From a virus (lineage: Duplodnaviria > Heunggongvirae > Uroviricota > Caudoviricetes), in the IMG/VR virus record IMGVR_UViG_2698536687_000007: DNA of 25,676 bases. One strand, written 5' to 3'. Below, piece by piece: positions 1 to 12,685 of the stretch. The notes under the pieces are model-generated. The model made no database searches and was not told where the DNA came from. It worked only from the letters and a program-made list of their open reading frames with translations. The stretch's first letter is position 1. Every line of letters starts with the position of its first letter. The translations under genes were made by a program, and so were the position numbers.

Positions 1-557
1 TTATGCAAGCCTCACAATATAGTTAAATGCGATGTTTTTGACGGTGTTTTCCGCGTTACCAGCAGCGTTAACGGTGATGGTGTGTCCATGTGAACCAATC
101 GCAACGGAGTGCGTATGAGCACCAATACCGACAGTATGTGCATGTGCGCCTGCGCTTGCAGCAGTGCCGGACAGCGAGTGGGTATGAGCACCATCTGATG
201 ATGTCTTCCCTGCATTACGAGTCTGGCCACTACCGCTTGTTGTGCTCATAATCCCCGCGCTTAGATTTGAAATCGCGGTATAACCATTAGGGAAAATGCT
301 CGTGTTCGTGCCACCAAATGCACCGGAACTCTTGTGTTGGTGCGCACCGGCACTATTTGCGGTCCCGCTAATACTATGGGTATGCGCCCCGGTGTTATTC
401 GTGGATTTGGTTCCGTAATCAAACGACGATGTGGTTTTCGTCCCCAAATCCGTACTGGATGCGCTGGCGCTGTGGGTGTGCGATTTAATGCCGTCCTGTT
501 CCTGAGATAATACGGCCCGACCACTGGCGGGCTTGCCCTTAATCGTCCAGCCACGCA
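1..557 (-). pseudogene. stf: Side tail fiber protein, C-terminal fragment (3' end of stf; 5' part missing)
   Basis: Minus ORF 1..585, stop codon at 1-3. Translation has repeated GAHTHS/GAHAHT motifs and ends ...[11 protein letters not shown], as in lambdoid side tail fibers. The first ~9 codons of the ORF (585-558) are the antisense of the terminase fragment, so the ORF start is not the native start. Confidence 0.7.
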
Positions 558-2782
<2,225 letters not shown>

Positions 2783-2802
<20 letters not shown>

Positions 2803-3112
2803 TCTCCCGCATATTGCCAGCATGGCTTTTAATGAGCCGCTGATGCTTGAACCCGCCTATGCGCGGGTTTTCTTTTGTGCGCTTGCAGGCCAGCTTGGGA
2901 TCAGCCGCCTGACGGATGCGGTGTCCGGCGACAGCCTGACTGCCCAGGAGGCACTCGCGACGCTGGCATTATCCGGTGATGATGACGGACCACGACAGGC
3001 CCGCAGTTATCAGGTCATGAACGGCATCGCCGTGCTGCCGGTGTCCGGCACGCTGGTCAGCCGGACGCGGGCGCTGCAGCCGTACTCGGGGATGACCGGT
3101 TACAACGGCATT
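2783..3112 (+). pseudogene. C: Head protease/scaffold gpC, N-terminal fragment (~110 aa) ending at an inversion junction
   Basis: GTG at 2783 in frame with ORF 2648..3130; translation (V)TAELRNLPHIASMAFNEPLMLEPAYARVFFCALAGQLG...PYSGMTGYNGI matches the lambda gpC N-terminus, then diverges (RRMPL-stop) at ~3113. Confidence 0.75.
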
Positions 3113-4595
3113 AGACGGATGCCCCTTTAATGGGGATCACCCGGAACAGCCCATGTTTTTTCGAGCGTTCATACACAATGGTCGGGTCAATCCCGCCAGT
3201 ATCCCAGCAGATACGGGATACCGACATTTCTGCACCATTCCGGCGGGTATAGGTTTTATTGATGGCCTCATCCACACGCAGCAGCGTCTGTTCATCGTCG
3301 TGGCGACCCATAATAATCTGCCGGTCAATCAGCCAGCTTTCCTCACCCGGCCCCCATCCCCATACGCGCATTTCGTAGCGGTCCAGCTGGGAGTCGATAC
3401 CGGCGGTCAGGTAAGCCACACGGTCAGGAACGGGCGCTGAATAATGCTCTTTCCGCTCCGCCATCACCTCAGCATCCGGACGTTCGCCGATTTTCGCTTC
3501 CCATGTCTCACCGAGCGTGGTGTTCACGAAGGTTTTACGTTTTCCCGTATCCCCTTTCGTCTTCATCCAGTCTTTGACAATCTGCACCCAGGTGGTGAAC
3601 GGGCTGTACGCCGTCCAGATGTGAAAGGTCACACTGTCCGGCGGCTCAATCTCTTCACCGGATGACGAAAACCAGAGAATGCCATCACGGGTCCAGATCC
3701 CGGTCTTTTCGCAGATATAACGGGCATCAGTAAAGTCCAGCTCCTGCTGGCGGATGACGCAGGCATTATGCTCGCAGAGATAAAACACGCTGGAGGGGTC
3801 ATCCGGCGTCCATTTGAGGCCAAACGGCGTCTCTTTGTCGCCAAATTTAAGATACTGCTCCTCCCCGCAGTGCGGGCAGGCAACATGAAAACGCATAAAA
3901 TGCAGGGATTCACTGGCTGCACGCTCAATCTGGCAGGTGCCTCTCACTTTGGGCGTGGAGCCACGGATGGACTTTGGCCAGACCGAGCCTTCAATACGTT
4001 TGTCGCCAAGGAACGTCGGAGAGCCTTCCTGTTCAATATCCTCATCAAAGGCAGCAAGTTCATCATAACCCGCCACATCCACCGACTTTTCACGGTAGTT
4101 TTTTGCCGCTTTACCGCCCAGGCACCAGAAGCCACGACCATTGGAAAAACGCTTCATAGTGAGCGTGTTATCCCGGTGCTTTTTGCCATACCACGGAGCC
4201 AGCGCCAGCAGCGACGGAATATCGCGGATGGTCGGCTCAACGTGGGTTTTCATAAAGTTCTCGGCATCACCATCCGTCGGCAACCAGATAAGGGTGTTGC
4301 GCTGCTTATGCTCTATAAAGTAGGCATAAACACCCAGCAGCATTTTGGAATAACCGACACGGGCAGACTTCACCACATTCACCTCACGGATGTAGTCGCT
4401 GCCCATCGCATTCATGATGGCCCGCTGAAAGGGCAGTGTTTCCCAGCGCCCTTCCTGGTATGCGGATTCTTTCGGGAGATAGTAATTAGCATCCGCCCAT
4501 TCAACGGCGGTCTGTGGCTCCGGCCTGAACAGTGAGCGAAGCCCGGCGCGGACAAAATGCCGCAGCCTGTTAACCTGACTGTTCGATATATTCAC
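3111..4595 (-). pseudogene. A: Terminase large subunit, N-terminal fragment (lambda gpA, about residues 1-494)
   Basis: Minus ORF, MNISNSQVNRLRHFVRAGLRSLFRPEPQTAVEWADANYYLPKE...RVIPIKGASV then stop; continuation of gpA ([11 protein letters not shown]...) is found inverted at 558. Confidence 0.9.
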
Positions 4596-5115
4596 TCAGC
4601 AACCCCGGTATCAGTTCATCCAGCGCGGCTGCTTTGTTCATGGCTTTGATGATATCCCGTTTCAGGAAATCAACATGTCGGTTTTCCAGTTCCGGAAAAC
4701 GCCGCTGCACCGACAGGGGGATCCCGTCGAGAATACTGGCAATTTCACCTGCGATCCGCGACAGCACGAAAGTACAGAATGCGGTTTCCACCACTTCAGC
4801 GGAGTCTCTGGCATTTTTCAGCTCCTGTGCGTCGGCCTGCGCACGCGTAAGTCGATGGCGTTCGTACTCAATAGTCCCTGGCTGGAGATCTGTCTCGCTG
4901 GCCTGCCGCAGTTCTTCAACTTCCCGGCGCAGCTTTTCGTTCTCAATTTCAGCATCCCTTTCGGCATACCATCTTATAACGGCGGCAGAGTCATAAAGCA
5001 CCTCATTACCCTTGCCACCGCCTCGCAGAACGGGCATTCCCTGTTCCTGCCAGTTCTGAATGGTACGGATACTCGCACCGAAAATGTCAGCCAGCTGCTT
5101 TTTGTTGACTTCCAT
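4570..5115 (-). CDS. nu1: Terminase small subunit Nu1 (181 aa)
   Basis: Minus ORF, MEVNKKQLADIFGASIRTIQNWQEQGMPVLRGGGKGNEVLYDSAAV..., lambda Nu1-like; 3' end overlaps the A fragment start as in lambda. Confidence 0.9.
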   Translation of the reverse strand: MEVNKKQLADIFGASIRTIQNWQEQGMPVLRGGGKGNEVLYDSAAVIRWYAERDAEIENEKLRREVEELRQASETDLQPGTIEYERHRLTRAQADAQELKNARDSAEVVETAFCTFVLSRIAGEIASILDGIPLSVQRRFPELENRHVDFLKRDIIKAMNKAAALDELIPGLLSEYIEQSG

Positions 5116-5330
5116 TGTTCATTCCACGGCCAAAAACAGAGAAAGGAAACGACAGAGGCCCAAAAGCTCGTTTTCAGCACCTGTCGTTTCCTTTCTTTTC
5201 AGGGGGTATTTTAAATAAAAACATTAAGTTACGACGAAGAAGAACGGAAATGCCTTAAACCGGAAAATTTTCATAAATAGCGAAAACCCGCGAGGTCGCC
5301 GCCCCGTAACCTGTCGGATCGCCGGAAAGG
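5116..5330. other. Lambda-type cos site: cosB (R-site repeats), cosN 12-bp cohesive-end sequence at 5293..5304, cosQ side to the right
   Basis: Reverse complement of 5281-5310 reads ...GACAGGTTACG|GGGCGGCGACCT|CGCGGGTTTTCG, i.e. the lambda cohesive-end 12-mer with lambda-like flanks (from memory). Repeated GAAAGGAAACGACAG elements at ~5141-5155 and inverted at ~5181-5196 resemble Nu1-binding R sites. Confidence 0.7.
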
Positions 5331-5503
5331 ACCCGCAAAATGATAATAATTATCATCTGCATGTCACAACGTGCATCTACGCCATCAAACCACGTCAAAT
5401 AATCAATTATGACGCAGGTATCATATTAATTGATCTGCATCAACTTAACGTAAAAACAACTTCAGACAATACAAATCAGCGACACTGAATACGGGGCAAC
5501 CTC

Positions 5504-5737
5504 ATGTCAACGAAGAACAGAACCCGCAGAACAACAACCCGCAACATCCGCTTTCCTAACCAAATGATTGAACAAATTAACATCGCTCTTGAGCAAAAAG
5601 GGTCCGGGAATTTCTCAGCCTGGGTCATTGAAGCCTGCCGCCGGAGACTGTGCTCAGAAAAAAGAGTTTCTTCTGAAGCAAACAAAGAAAAGAGTGACAT
5701 TACTGAATTGCTCAGAAAACAGGTCAGACCAGATTGA
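5504..5737 (+). CDS. ynfO: Small prophage protein, YnfO-like (77 aa)
   Basis: ORF 5504..5737, MSTKNRTRRTTTRNIRFPNQMIEQINIALEQKGSGNFSAW...; position after cos and before ydfO matches Qin gene order as recalled. Confidence 0.6.
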   Translation: MSTKNRTRRTTTRNIRFPNQMIEQINIALEQKGSGNFSAWVIEACRRRLCSEKRVSSEANKEKSDITELLRKQVRPD

Positions 5738-5794
5738 AGCAATTTAGATAATCGTGCAGACTACGCCCCCTCATATCACATGGAAGGTTTATCT

Positions 5795-6205
5795 ATGGAT
5801 CAGGTAGTCATTTTTAAACAAATATTTGATAAAGTTCGAAACGATTTAAACTATCAATGGTTTTATTCTGAGCTAAAACGTCACAATGTCTCACATTACA
5901 TTTACTATTTAGCCACAGAGAATGTTCATATTGTATTAAAAAATGATAATACAGTGTTATTAAAGGGCCTAAAAAACATTGTGTCTGTCAAATTTTCAAA
6001 GGATAGGCATCTTATAGAAACGACCTCTAATAAGCTGAAATCCAGAGAGATCACATTTCAGGAATACAGAAGAAACCTTGCTAAAGCAGGAGTTTTTCGG
6101 TGGGTTACAAATATCCACGAACAAAAAAGATATTACTATACCTTTGATAATTCATTACTATTTACTGAAAGCATCCAGAAAACTACACAGATCTTACCAC
6201 GCTAA
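5795..6205 (+). CDS. ydfO: DUF1398-family prophage protein, YdfO-like
   Basis: ORF 5780..6205; the second ATG at 5795 is preceded by GGAAGG (5782-5787), so the start is probably [24 protein letters not shown]... Confidence 0.7.
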
Positions 6206-6356
6206 ACCATAACGTCCGGCTTCTCTCACTCCTGAGCCGGACTGCATTGGTTTAATAAAAACCATCAACAATTGTGATTTAGATATTCGGAACCATTCAA
6301 ATATAACAAAACCCCGTAAAAACGAGGTTTATGGATAAATTTTATTATTGAATACA

Positions 6357-6530
6357 TCAGATTAAATTAATCTTGACATCATAGCTTTCAAGACCCGTCA
6401 TTTTTTCCCGTGCGGTAAACTGAATACTGGTAACTTCTTTCCCGGTCTTTTTCTTAAGTTCAATAATTTTTTTTGTTATATATTCAGAAATATCTGCTTC
6501 TGCTTTTGTTTTTAAGTTTTCAATATTCAT
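6357..6530 (-). CDS. gnsB: GnsB-like small protein (57 aa)
   Basis: Not in the ORF track (under 60 aa). Reverse-complement reading gives MNIENLKTKAEADISEYITKKIIELKKKTGKEVTSIQFTAREKMTGLESYDVKINLI-stop. Confidence 0.65.
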   Translation of the reverse strand: MNIENLKTKAEADISEYITKKIIELKKKTGKEVTSIQFTAREKMTGLESYDVKINLI

Positions 6531-6701
6531 CATTTCCTCTTTTAGTCTGTTATGACTTTCCAGTTACACAGTAAGTCGATTATATGGTGCAAACGTGTAA
6601 AAGATAAGATGAAACATCGCAATAATCAACATACGATAGTCTAAATTTTACACAAACAGACAAAGAGAATTTTCCTGAATTATCAATGCAATAGCATCAA
6701 A

Positions 6702-6932
6702 TCAACTCAAGAGCCTTATTGCTGCTTCCAGAATTTCTTCTGAAGTAACATGTCGATCCGCGGCTACATAAATGACTTTATGATCTCCGGTCAGAGATGG
6801 AAACCCTGCGGCCATTACAGTAAGGTGTGTTTTTTCGCCATTTGGATATTCACGCATGATGGTGTTAACTCCAGTCATCGCTGGCACTACCACTGCTGGT
6901 TCAGAGTTAAAAAAAACTATGATTTTTTTCAT
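6702..6932 (-). CDS. ynfN: Small prophage protein, YnfN-like (76 aa from internal start)
   Basis: Minus ORF 6702..6974; likely start MKKIIVFFNSEPAVVVPAMTGVNTIMREYPNGEK... at 6932. Confidence 0.55.
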   Translation of the reverse strand: MKKIIVFFNSEPAVVVPAMTGVNTIMREYPNGEKTHLTVMAAGFPSLTGDHKVIYVAADRHVTSEEILEAAIRLLS

Positions 6933-7203
6933 GATGTTACCGTAGTATGTGAGTATCCATCGAATAGACACCAAGCAAAAAAGCTCCCGAAGGAGCCTTC
7001 ATTTTCACTTTTTTAAATCCAACGACAGACGGCTGGCATTTAAGTATTGTGAAATATTATCAAATGTAATCATCATTGATTTACAAAAGATACATTTTGC
7101 CCCGAAAGGATTCATGTCAGAAACATCAAAAGATGATGTTCTATACTGGGAACCATGACAACACGGGCATCTAAAGTGAATATGGTTTGTAATATTGTCT
7201 ACC

Positions 7204-7416
7204 TCAAAGCGCCACTACATGAACAGCGGCAGGACCTTTAGGTCCGTTCTCAATACCAAATTCAACTTCCTGATTCTCAGTTAATGTTTTGAAATCGTTG
7301 CTCTGAATTGCTGAGAAATGGACAAACACATCTTTGCTGCCATCTTTCGGCGTGATGAAACCAAAACCTTTTTCAGGGTTAAACCATTTCACTAAACCAG
7401 TCATTTTGTTAGACAT
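7204..7416 (-). CDS. cspI: Cold shock protein, CspA family (CspI-like, 70 aa)
   Basis: [70 protein letters not shown]; RNP motifs KGFGFI and VFVHF. Confidence 0.9.
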   Translation of the reverse strand: MSNKMTGLVKWFNPEKGFGFITPKDGSKDVFVHFSAIQSNDFKTLTENQEVEFGIENGPKGPAAVHVVAL

Positions 7417-7778
7417 AATTATTACCTTTTGAAGAAATTAGCCCTTGGGCAGAATGGTCCGAAAAAAAATATCAGAGAGAAAAACCAACAAGGAAATCTC
7501 AAGAGGTACAAATAATAAAATTATAACAATGACTGCTTCAGATAAATTTGTAACAAACCAGAACACCATTAACGCATGATTAACCACCCATAGCAAGGAT
7601 TACTTTTGTAAAGAAAAACACAGCAATGAAAGAATAGCTTTATTTATTAATAAAACGTGTCATTCTGATTAAGACCTTTTATCTTACCCTTAAGATTTCA
7701 GGAATTTTGGCTCATGGAAGAGTCCTTTTTATTTAAATTTTACATTCCGCGATGTAAATGTTCCGATTTAATATTACC

Positions 7779-8802
<1,024 letters not shown>

Positions 8803-8806
<4 letters not shown>

Positions 8807-9114
8807 AGATATTTATGATGAGGACGCTCGTGCTTATTGGCAGGATTTTCAATCTTAAAGGAGTACTGATGCTGCAGATAAGACTCAACTTTTTCTGACA
8901 ATTTTTCTGCTACTTCCAGGAAGACTTGCCGGACGCTCCTTCTGGCTGCTGCCTCATAAAACTCCAGCGCAGCTCCTTCAACACGGTCCATGGCGACATC
9001 CAGGTCAAAAATTTCACCGTCAAAGCGTTCTTTGTCCTGTAAGGCTACAGTTACCGTAACTTTATTCTCAAAATTACGGACTCCTTTCACAACCAGTTCA
9101 TAGTCTTGAGTCAT
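8803..9114 (-). CDS. ydfR: Prophage protein of unknown function, YdfR-like (103 aa)
   Basis: Minus ORF between holin and endolysin with ATGA overlap at 8803-8806; MTQDYELVVKGVRNFENKVTVTVALQDKERFDGE... Confidence 0.55.
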
Positions 9115-9118
9115 TGGA

Positions 9119-9334
9119 TTACTCTCCTCTCGCAGCCTTACGCCTGTCTTCTTTAATCTTGAAATAAAGATTTGTCAGATACGTCAGCAGGCCAAAAACC
9201 AGGCTACCCAGCACACCGATTGCAGCCCACTGTGACGGAGTTACTTTATCGAGTAACTGCAATGCCCAGAAACCAGCATTACCCGCCGATGTGCCATAGG
9301 CAACACCTGTTGTTAACTTATCCATTGATTTCAT
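9119..9334 (-). CDS. essQ: Class II holin (phage 21 S-type pinholin-like), dual-start motif
   Basis: Minus ORF 9119..9409; probable start [71 protein letters not shown] (71 aa) with the Met-Lys-Ser-Met dual-start arrangement and two TM segments. Confidence 0.75.
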   Translation of the reverse strand: MKSMDKLTTGVAYGTSAGNAGFWALQLLDKVTPSQWAAIGVLGSLVFGLLTYLTNLYFKIKEDRRKAARGE

Positions 9335-9553
9335 ATCCTCACCCCGATGTACACGGATGGTGCAATATGTTTGAAAAGATCGGAGTCTACGGGGTAGTTT
9401 TGACAGCACACGTTGTTCTCAACGGCGCTAAAAAAACATACACATTAAAAATGTGGGTAATTATTTTGAAAGAAAGTCATATATAAAATAATAATACGAG
9501 AAATGTTTTCATATTTAGTGTACTGTATACGGCCATTTATACAGGAAAAGCCT

Positions 9554-9724
9554 ATGTCAGAACGTAAAAACTCAAAATCACGCCGTAATTATCTCGTTAA
9601 ATGTTCCTGCCCAAACTGCACCCAAGAGTCAGAACACAGTTTTTCAAGAGTACAAAAAGGTGCCCTTTTGATCTGCCCTCATTGCAACAAAGTATTCCAG
9701 ACAAATCTTAAAGCTGTAGCCTGA
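9554..9724 (+). CDS. ynfU: Small zinc-ribbon protein (56 aa), YnfU-like
   Basis: ORF 9503..9724; ATG at 9554 preceded by AGGAAAAG; MSERKNSKSRRNYLVKCSCPNCTQESEHSFSRVQKGALLICPHCNKVFQTNLKAVA has CxxC...CxxC. Name is from memory of small-protein annotations and is not certain. Confidence 0.45.
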   Translation: MSERKNSKSRRNYLVKCSCPNCTQESEHSFSRVQKGALLICPHCNKVFQTNLKAVA

Positions 9725-9780
9725 TTGATTTTATTAGTAACAAGTATTTTTTATATTTTAATAATATATTTAAAGCAGAT

Positions 9781-9806
9781 AATAAAAAACCCGCCTGAGC
9801 GGGTTT
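9781..9806 (-). terminator. Rho-independent terminator-like hairpin (AACCCGC-CTGA-GCGGGTT) with T-run on the minus strand
   Basis: Stem 9788-9794 / 9799-9805; on the minus strand it is followed by TTTTTTATT (complement of 9781-9789). Confidence 0.45.
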
Positions 9807-10087
9807 GAGATTGTGGTGCTTTTTGTGGGAGTCATCCACTTACGCACTTTGTTTTGCCATGCCAGCAGTTAGCTTCTGCTGTAAAACTATTCATGCAGCA
9901 AACCTGCACTTCACCACAATGGTTAGCATACTTTTCCTGATTAAGATTTTGCCAAATATGCTAGCCATTGTTTCATGTATTGGACCTCCTTACTTTTTAT
10001 TAAAGAGATCCAATATTCACTACTCTGTCCGTATCTCTACTCAGGCATCAGCCTTCTTCGTTATCGTATACAGACGAGCGATGAATT

Positions 10088-10303
10088 TTAATCAGTAATG
10101 ATGACATTTGCTGCTGCAGGACCTTTAGCACCACTCTCTATAGAGAAGGTAACCTTTTGACCTTCAAATAAGGTTCGATAATTATCATTCTGAATCGCAG
10201 AAAAATGCACAAACACATCTTTACTACCATCAACAGGAGAAATAAAGCCGAAACCTTTATCAGCGTTAAACCATTTTACTAAACCAGTCATTTTATTTGA
10301 CAT
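10088..10303 (-). CDS. cspB: Cold shock protein CspB-like (71 aa)
   Basis: [71 protein letters not shown]. Confidence 0.9.
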   Translation of the reverse strand: MSNKMTGLVKWFNADKGFGFISPVDGSKDVFVHFSAIQNDNYRTLFEGQKVTFSIESGAKGPAAANVIITD

Positions 10304-10603
10304 TCTACATTCCTTAACTTGAGCCTTTCGGCATAAATGGTTTGCATAACAGAAACGACTTCGTACTTAATTGGAGAGACTCAAAGAAGGAATAAGTGAA
10401 TAACACCTGAAATGAGAACTGCTTTAGTAAACTACTTCGTATATCGTCTGTTCTTCAAACCGACGCAATCATTAACGCATAGTTGAACATATGAAGCAAT
10501 GTTTATTTTAGACATCCAGCCATCTTCAACCCCATCAAAAAACTATAGCTTTCTTCAGGAACGTGTGTATAGTGCGCCAAGTTATCAGTATTAAGGAATT
10601 TTT

Positions 10604-10816
10604 TTGTCCCGTAAAATGACAGGAATTGTCAAAACCTTTGACGGCAAAAGCGGCAAGGGTCTTATCACCCCATCCGATGGTCGTATCGATGTCCAGCTTC
10701 ATGTTTCAGCGCTCAATCTCCGCGATGCAGAAGAAATTACCACCGGATTACGCGTGGAATTTTGCCGGATAAATGGTCTGCGTGGCCCTTCAGCTGCCAA
10801 TGTTTACCTTTCATGA
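10604..10816 (+). CDS. cspF: Cold shock protein family, CspF-like (70 aa), divergent from cspB
   Basis: [70 protein letters not shown]. Confidence 0.85.
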
Positions 10817-11107
10817 GCTATATTAAAGCTTTAATTTCAGGCCCCATCGGATCACACATGGAGAGTTTTTATGAATAACCCCGTCTGTCTTGATGACTGG
10901 TTGATTGGCTTTAAAAGCTTATGCTGTACTTTGGCCGTAATAGCTCTGCTAATAATATAATAAGCAGACTCATTGTGTTTAGGGACATTGTACTGGAAGA
11001 AAACATTTTAAACATCAGGCAAATAACCAAGTCACCAGCTAAATAATAAGTTAACAGACATGAGTCCCGGGATGAGATTCAACATTACCATTGCCCCATT
11101 TAAAGCA

Positions 11108-11140
11108 CAAAACCCGCTCATCAGCGGGTTTTCTACTTTT
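11108..11140. terminator. Terminator-like hairpin (AACCCGCT-CATC-AGCGGGTT) ~110 nt 3' of Q on the minus strand; candidate late-operon tR' or bidirectional terminator
   Basis: 8-bp stem 11111-11118 / 11123-11130 with T-rich flank on the plus strand and A-rich flank upstream. Confidence 0.4.
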
Positions 11141-11237
11141 TCTTAACGTCGGGTATACAAAGCCCATCGTTGAAAAAATTTTATCCATATTTTTTGAAAA
11201 ATGCAAACATCATGTCGCCATCTTCAGCAAAAATCAT

Positions 11238-11954
11238 TTATCTCGTCACCTTCCTCAATTGCGCTTCCGCGTATGCTTCTTCCTGCCAGCACTTTGTTAC
11301 CAGTTTACCAATGACGTCCGCATACCCCTTATACCACTGATAATCGGTCAGGTCTGGTACCAGCTTCTGGACATGACGTCGTGCCAGCGTGGTCGGTAAA
11401 CGACTAAACCGGTTTCCATTACAACGCCCACAAATCTTATATACCGGTACGCCATGAAACCGGGTTCTTTTTTCATCCAGAACAATCCCTTTACCCTTAC
11501 ACCCTCTGCACGCTGTGCTGGCTTCGCCCTTACCATGGCAATGCTGACATAGTTCCTTCACCCATTCTTCCTTGATTACAGATTCCCCGCGTCTGTAGTG
11601 TTTCACCACTTCGCGCAATACATTATAAAATCCCGTACCTGAACAATGCTCACAGCGAGCCTTACTTGCCGCAGACCTGGAGTAATCAGCAAAGGCAAAA
11701 CTCACGAGGTAAGGAATAATCTGTAACCGGATTTCTTCACTCAATTTGTTCAATGTCGGGTTATCCAGTGCCATCGCGTAATTTAGCAGGCCTTCAATCG
11801 CAAACTGAGGGTCCTGAACACCAACTTTTGCCAGAAATAAGGCCAACCCAAGTGGTGCTTTCGACTTCACCATCCCCTGCGCTGCCATTTCAACGCACAC
11901 AGCATAGAGGCCATCTTCACAAAAAATTTTACGCAGTTCTTCGATGTTCATCAT
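11238..11954 (-). CDS. quuQ: Late-gene antiterminator Q (238 aa)
   Basis: Minus ORF with cysteine-rich zinc-binding motifs (CEHCSGTG, CQHCHGKG, CRGCKGKG, CGRCNG) typical of lambdoid Q proteins; located upstream of the lysis cassette. Confidence 0.8.
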   Translation of the reverse strand: MMNIEELRKIFCEDGLYAVCVEMAAQGMVKSKAPLGLALFLAKVGVQDPQFAIEGLLNYAMALDNPTLNKLSEEIRLQIIPYLVSFAFADYSRSAASKARCEHCSGTGFYNVLREVVKHYRRGESVIKEEWVKELCQHCHGKGEASTACRGCKGKGIVLDEKRTRFHGVPVYKICGRCNGNRFSRLPTTLARRHVQKLVPDLTDYQWYKGYADVIGKLVTKCWQEEAYAEAQLRKVTR

Positions 11955-12069
11955 CAGAATCCTTCCGGATAATTAGCTCTCCCCTTTAAGGGACCATCCC
12001 TCTTATCCCTGCGCGCTACTTAAGTATTTTTGATTCTATTCCGGCACCGTCCAGAACTTCAAACGCGTT

Positions 12070-12102
12070 GAAAATAAAAACAAAAACCCGCCGAAGCGGG
12101 TT
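12070..12102 (-). terminator. Rho-independent terminator 3' of hokD (AACCCGC-CGAA-GCGGGTT plus T-run on minus strand)
   Basis: Stem 12085-12091 / 12096-12102; minus-strand T-run is the complement of the A-run 12070-12084. Confidence 0.55.
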
Positions 12103-12170
12103 AAGTGCGGGTGCGTTGAGGATGCCTGCCACATCAGAGGTGGCGAGGGATTTCTCCCCCGCCGGGTCTC

Positions 12171-12326
12171 TTACTCCTCAGGTTCGTAAGCTGTGAAGAC
12201 AGCGACCTCCGTCTGGCCGGTTCGGATTCGTACCTCGCAGAGGTCTTTCCTCGTTACCAGTGCCGTCACTATGACGGTTAAACAGATGACGATCAGGGCG
12301 ATTAACATCGCCTTTTGCTGCTTCAT
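12171..12326 (-). CDS. hokD: Hok-family small membrane toxin (51 aa)
   Basis: Not in the ORF track. Reverse-complement reading gives MKQQKAMLIALIVICLTVIVTALVTRKDLCEVRIRTGQTEVAVFTAYEPEE-stop, directly 3' of relE. Confidence 0.75.
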   Translation of the reverse strand: MKQQKAMLIALIVICLTVIVTALVTRKDLCEVRIRTGQTEVAVFTAYEPEE

Positions 12327-12397
12327 AGCCTGCTTCTCCTGTCAACGCAAAGCAGAAGTGTCACCTTCGGTGCGAAACAGAGATGTCATGCTTTGGT

Positions 12398-12685
12398 TCA
12401 GAGAATGCGTTTGACCGCCTCGCTATATACTTCCGAGCGTTCTCTTTTCCCAACAGAAATCACGAAAACGACAACTTTCTCGTCTATAACCTGGTATACA
12501 AGGCGATAGCCTGAAGACCGGAGCTTAATCTTGTAACAATCAGGCATACCACGGAGCTTGTTTGCTTCAATCCGGGGTGACTCAAGTACTTCAACCAGCT
12601 TCTTTTTCAACTGTTCACGTACCGTCGAGCCCAGCTTTCGCCATTCCTTTAGTGCCCGCTCGTCAAAATCCAGAAAATACGCCAT
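12398..12685 (-). CDS. relE: RelE mRNA-interferase toxin (95 aa)
   Basis: MAYFLDFDERALKEWRKLGSTVREQLKKKLVEVLESPRIEANKLRGMPDCYKIKLRSSGYRLVYQVIDEKVVVFVISVGKRERSEVYSEAVKRIL. Confidence 0.9.
   Translation of the reverse strand: MAYFLDFDERALKEWRKLGSTVREQLKKKLVEVLESPRIEANKLRGMPDCYKIKLRSSGYRLVYQVIDEKVVVFVISVGKRERSEVYSEAVKRIL

Noticed and set aside
4634-5214. Plus-strand ORFs 4634..4996 and 4675..5214 and minus ORF 4974..5180 over Nu1 and cos
   Set aside because: Antisense to Nu1 or running through the cos R-site repeats; no RBS or homology.
5340-5356. Treating the Fur-box-like palindrome as part of cosQ
   Set aside because: I cannot recall the lambda cosQ sequence precisely enough to assign it; kept as a separate regulatory candidate in findings.
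9805-10098. Plus ORF 9805..10098 (97 aa) and plus ORF 11091..11399 (102 aa)
   Set aside because: Both start inside or next to terminator hairpins, run antisense into cspB or Q flanks, and have low-complexity hydrophobic translations without RBS; judged non-coding.
12193-12509. Plus-strand ORFs 12193..12414 and 12315..12509 over hokD and the relE 3' end
   Set aside because: Antisense to the hokD reading frame that gives a canonical Hok sequence; a Sok-like antisense RNA would be non-coding, and I could not verify one.
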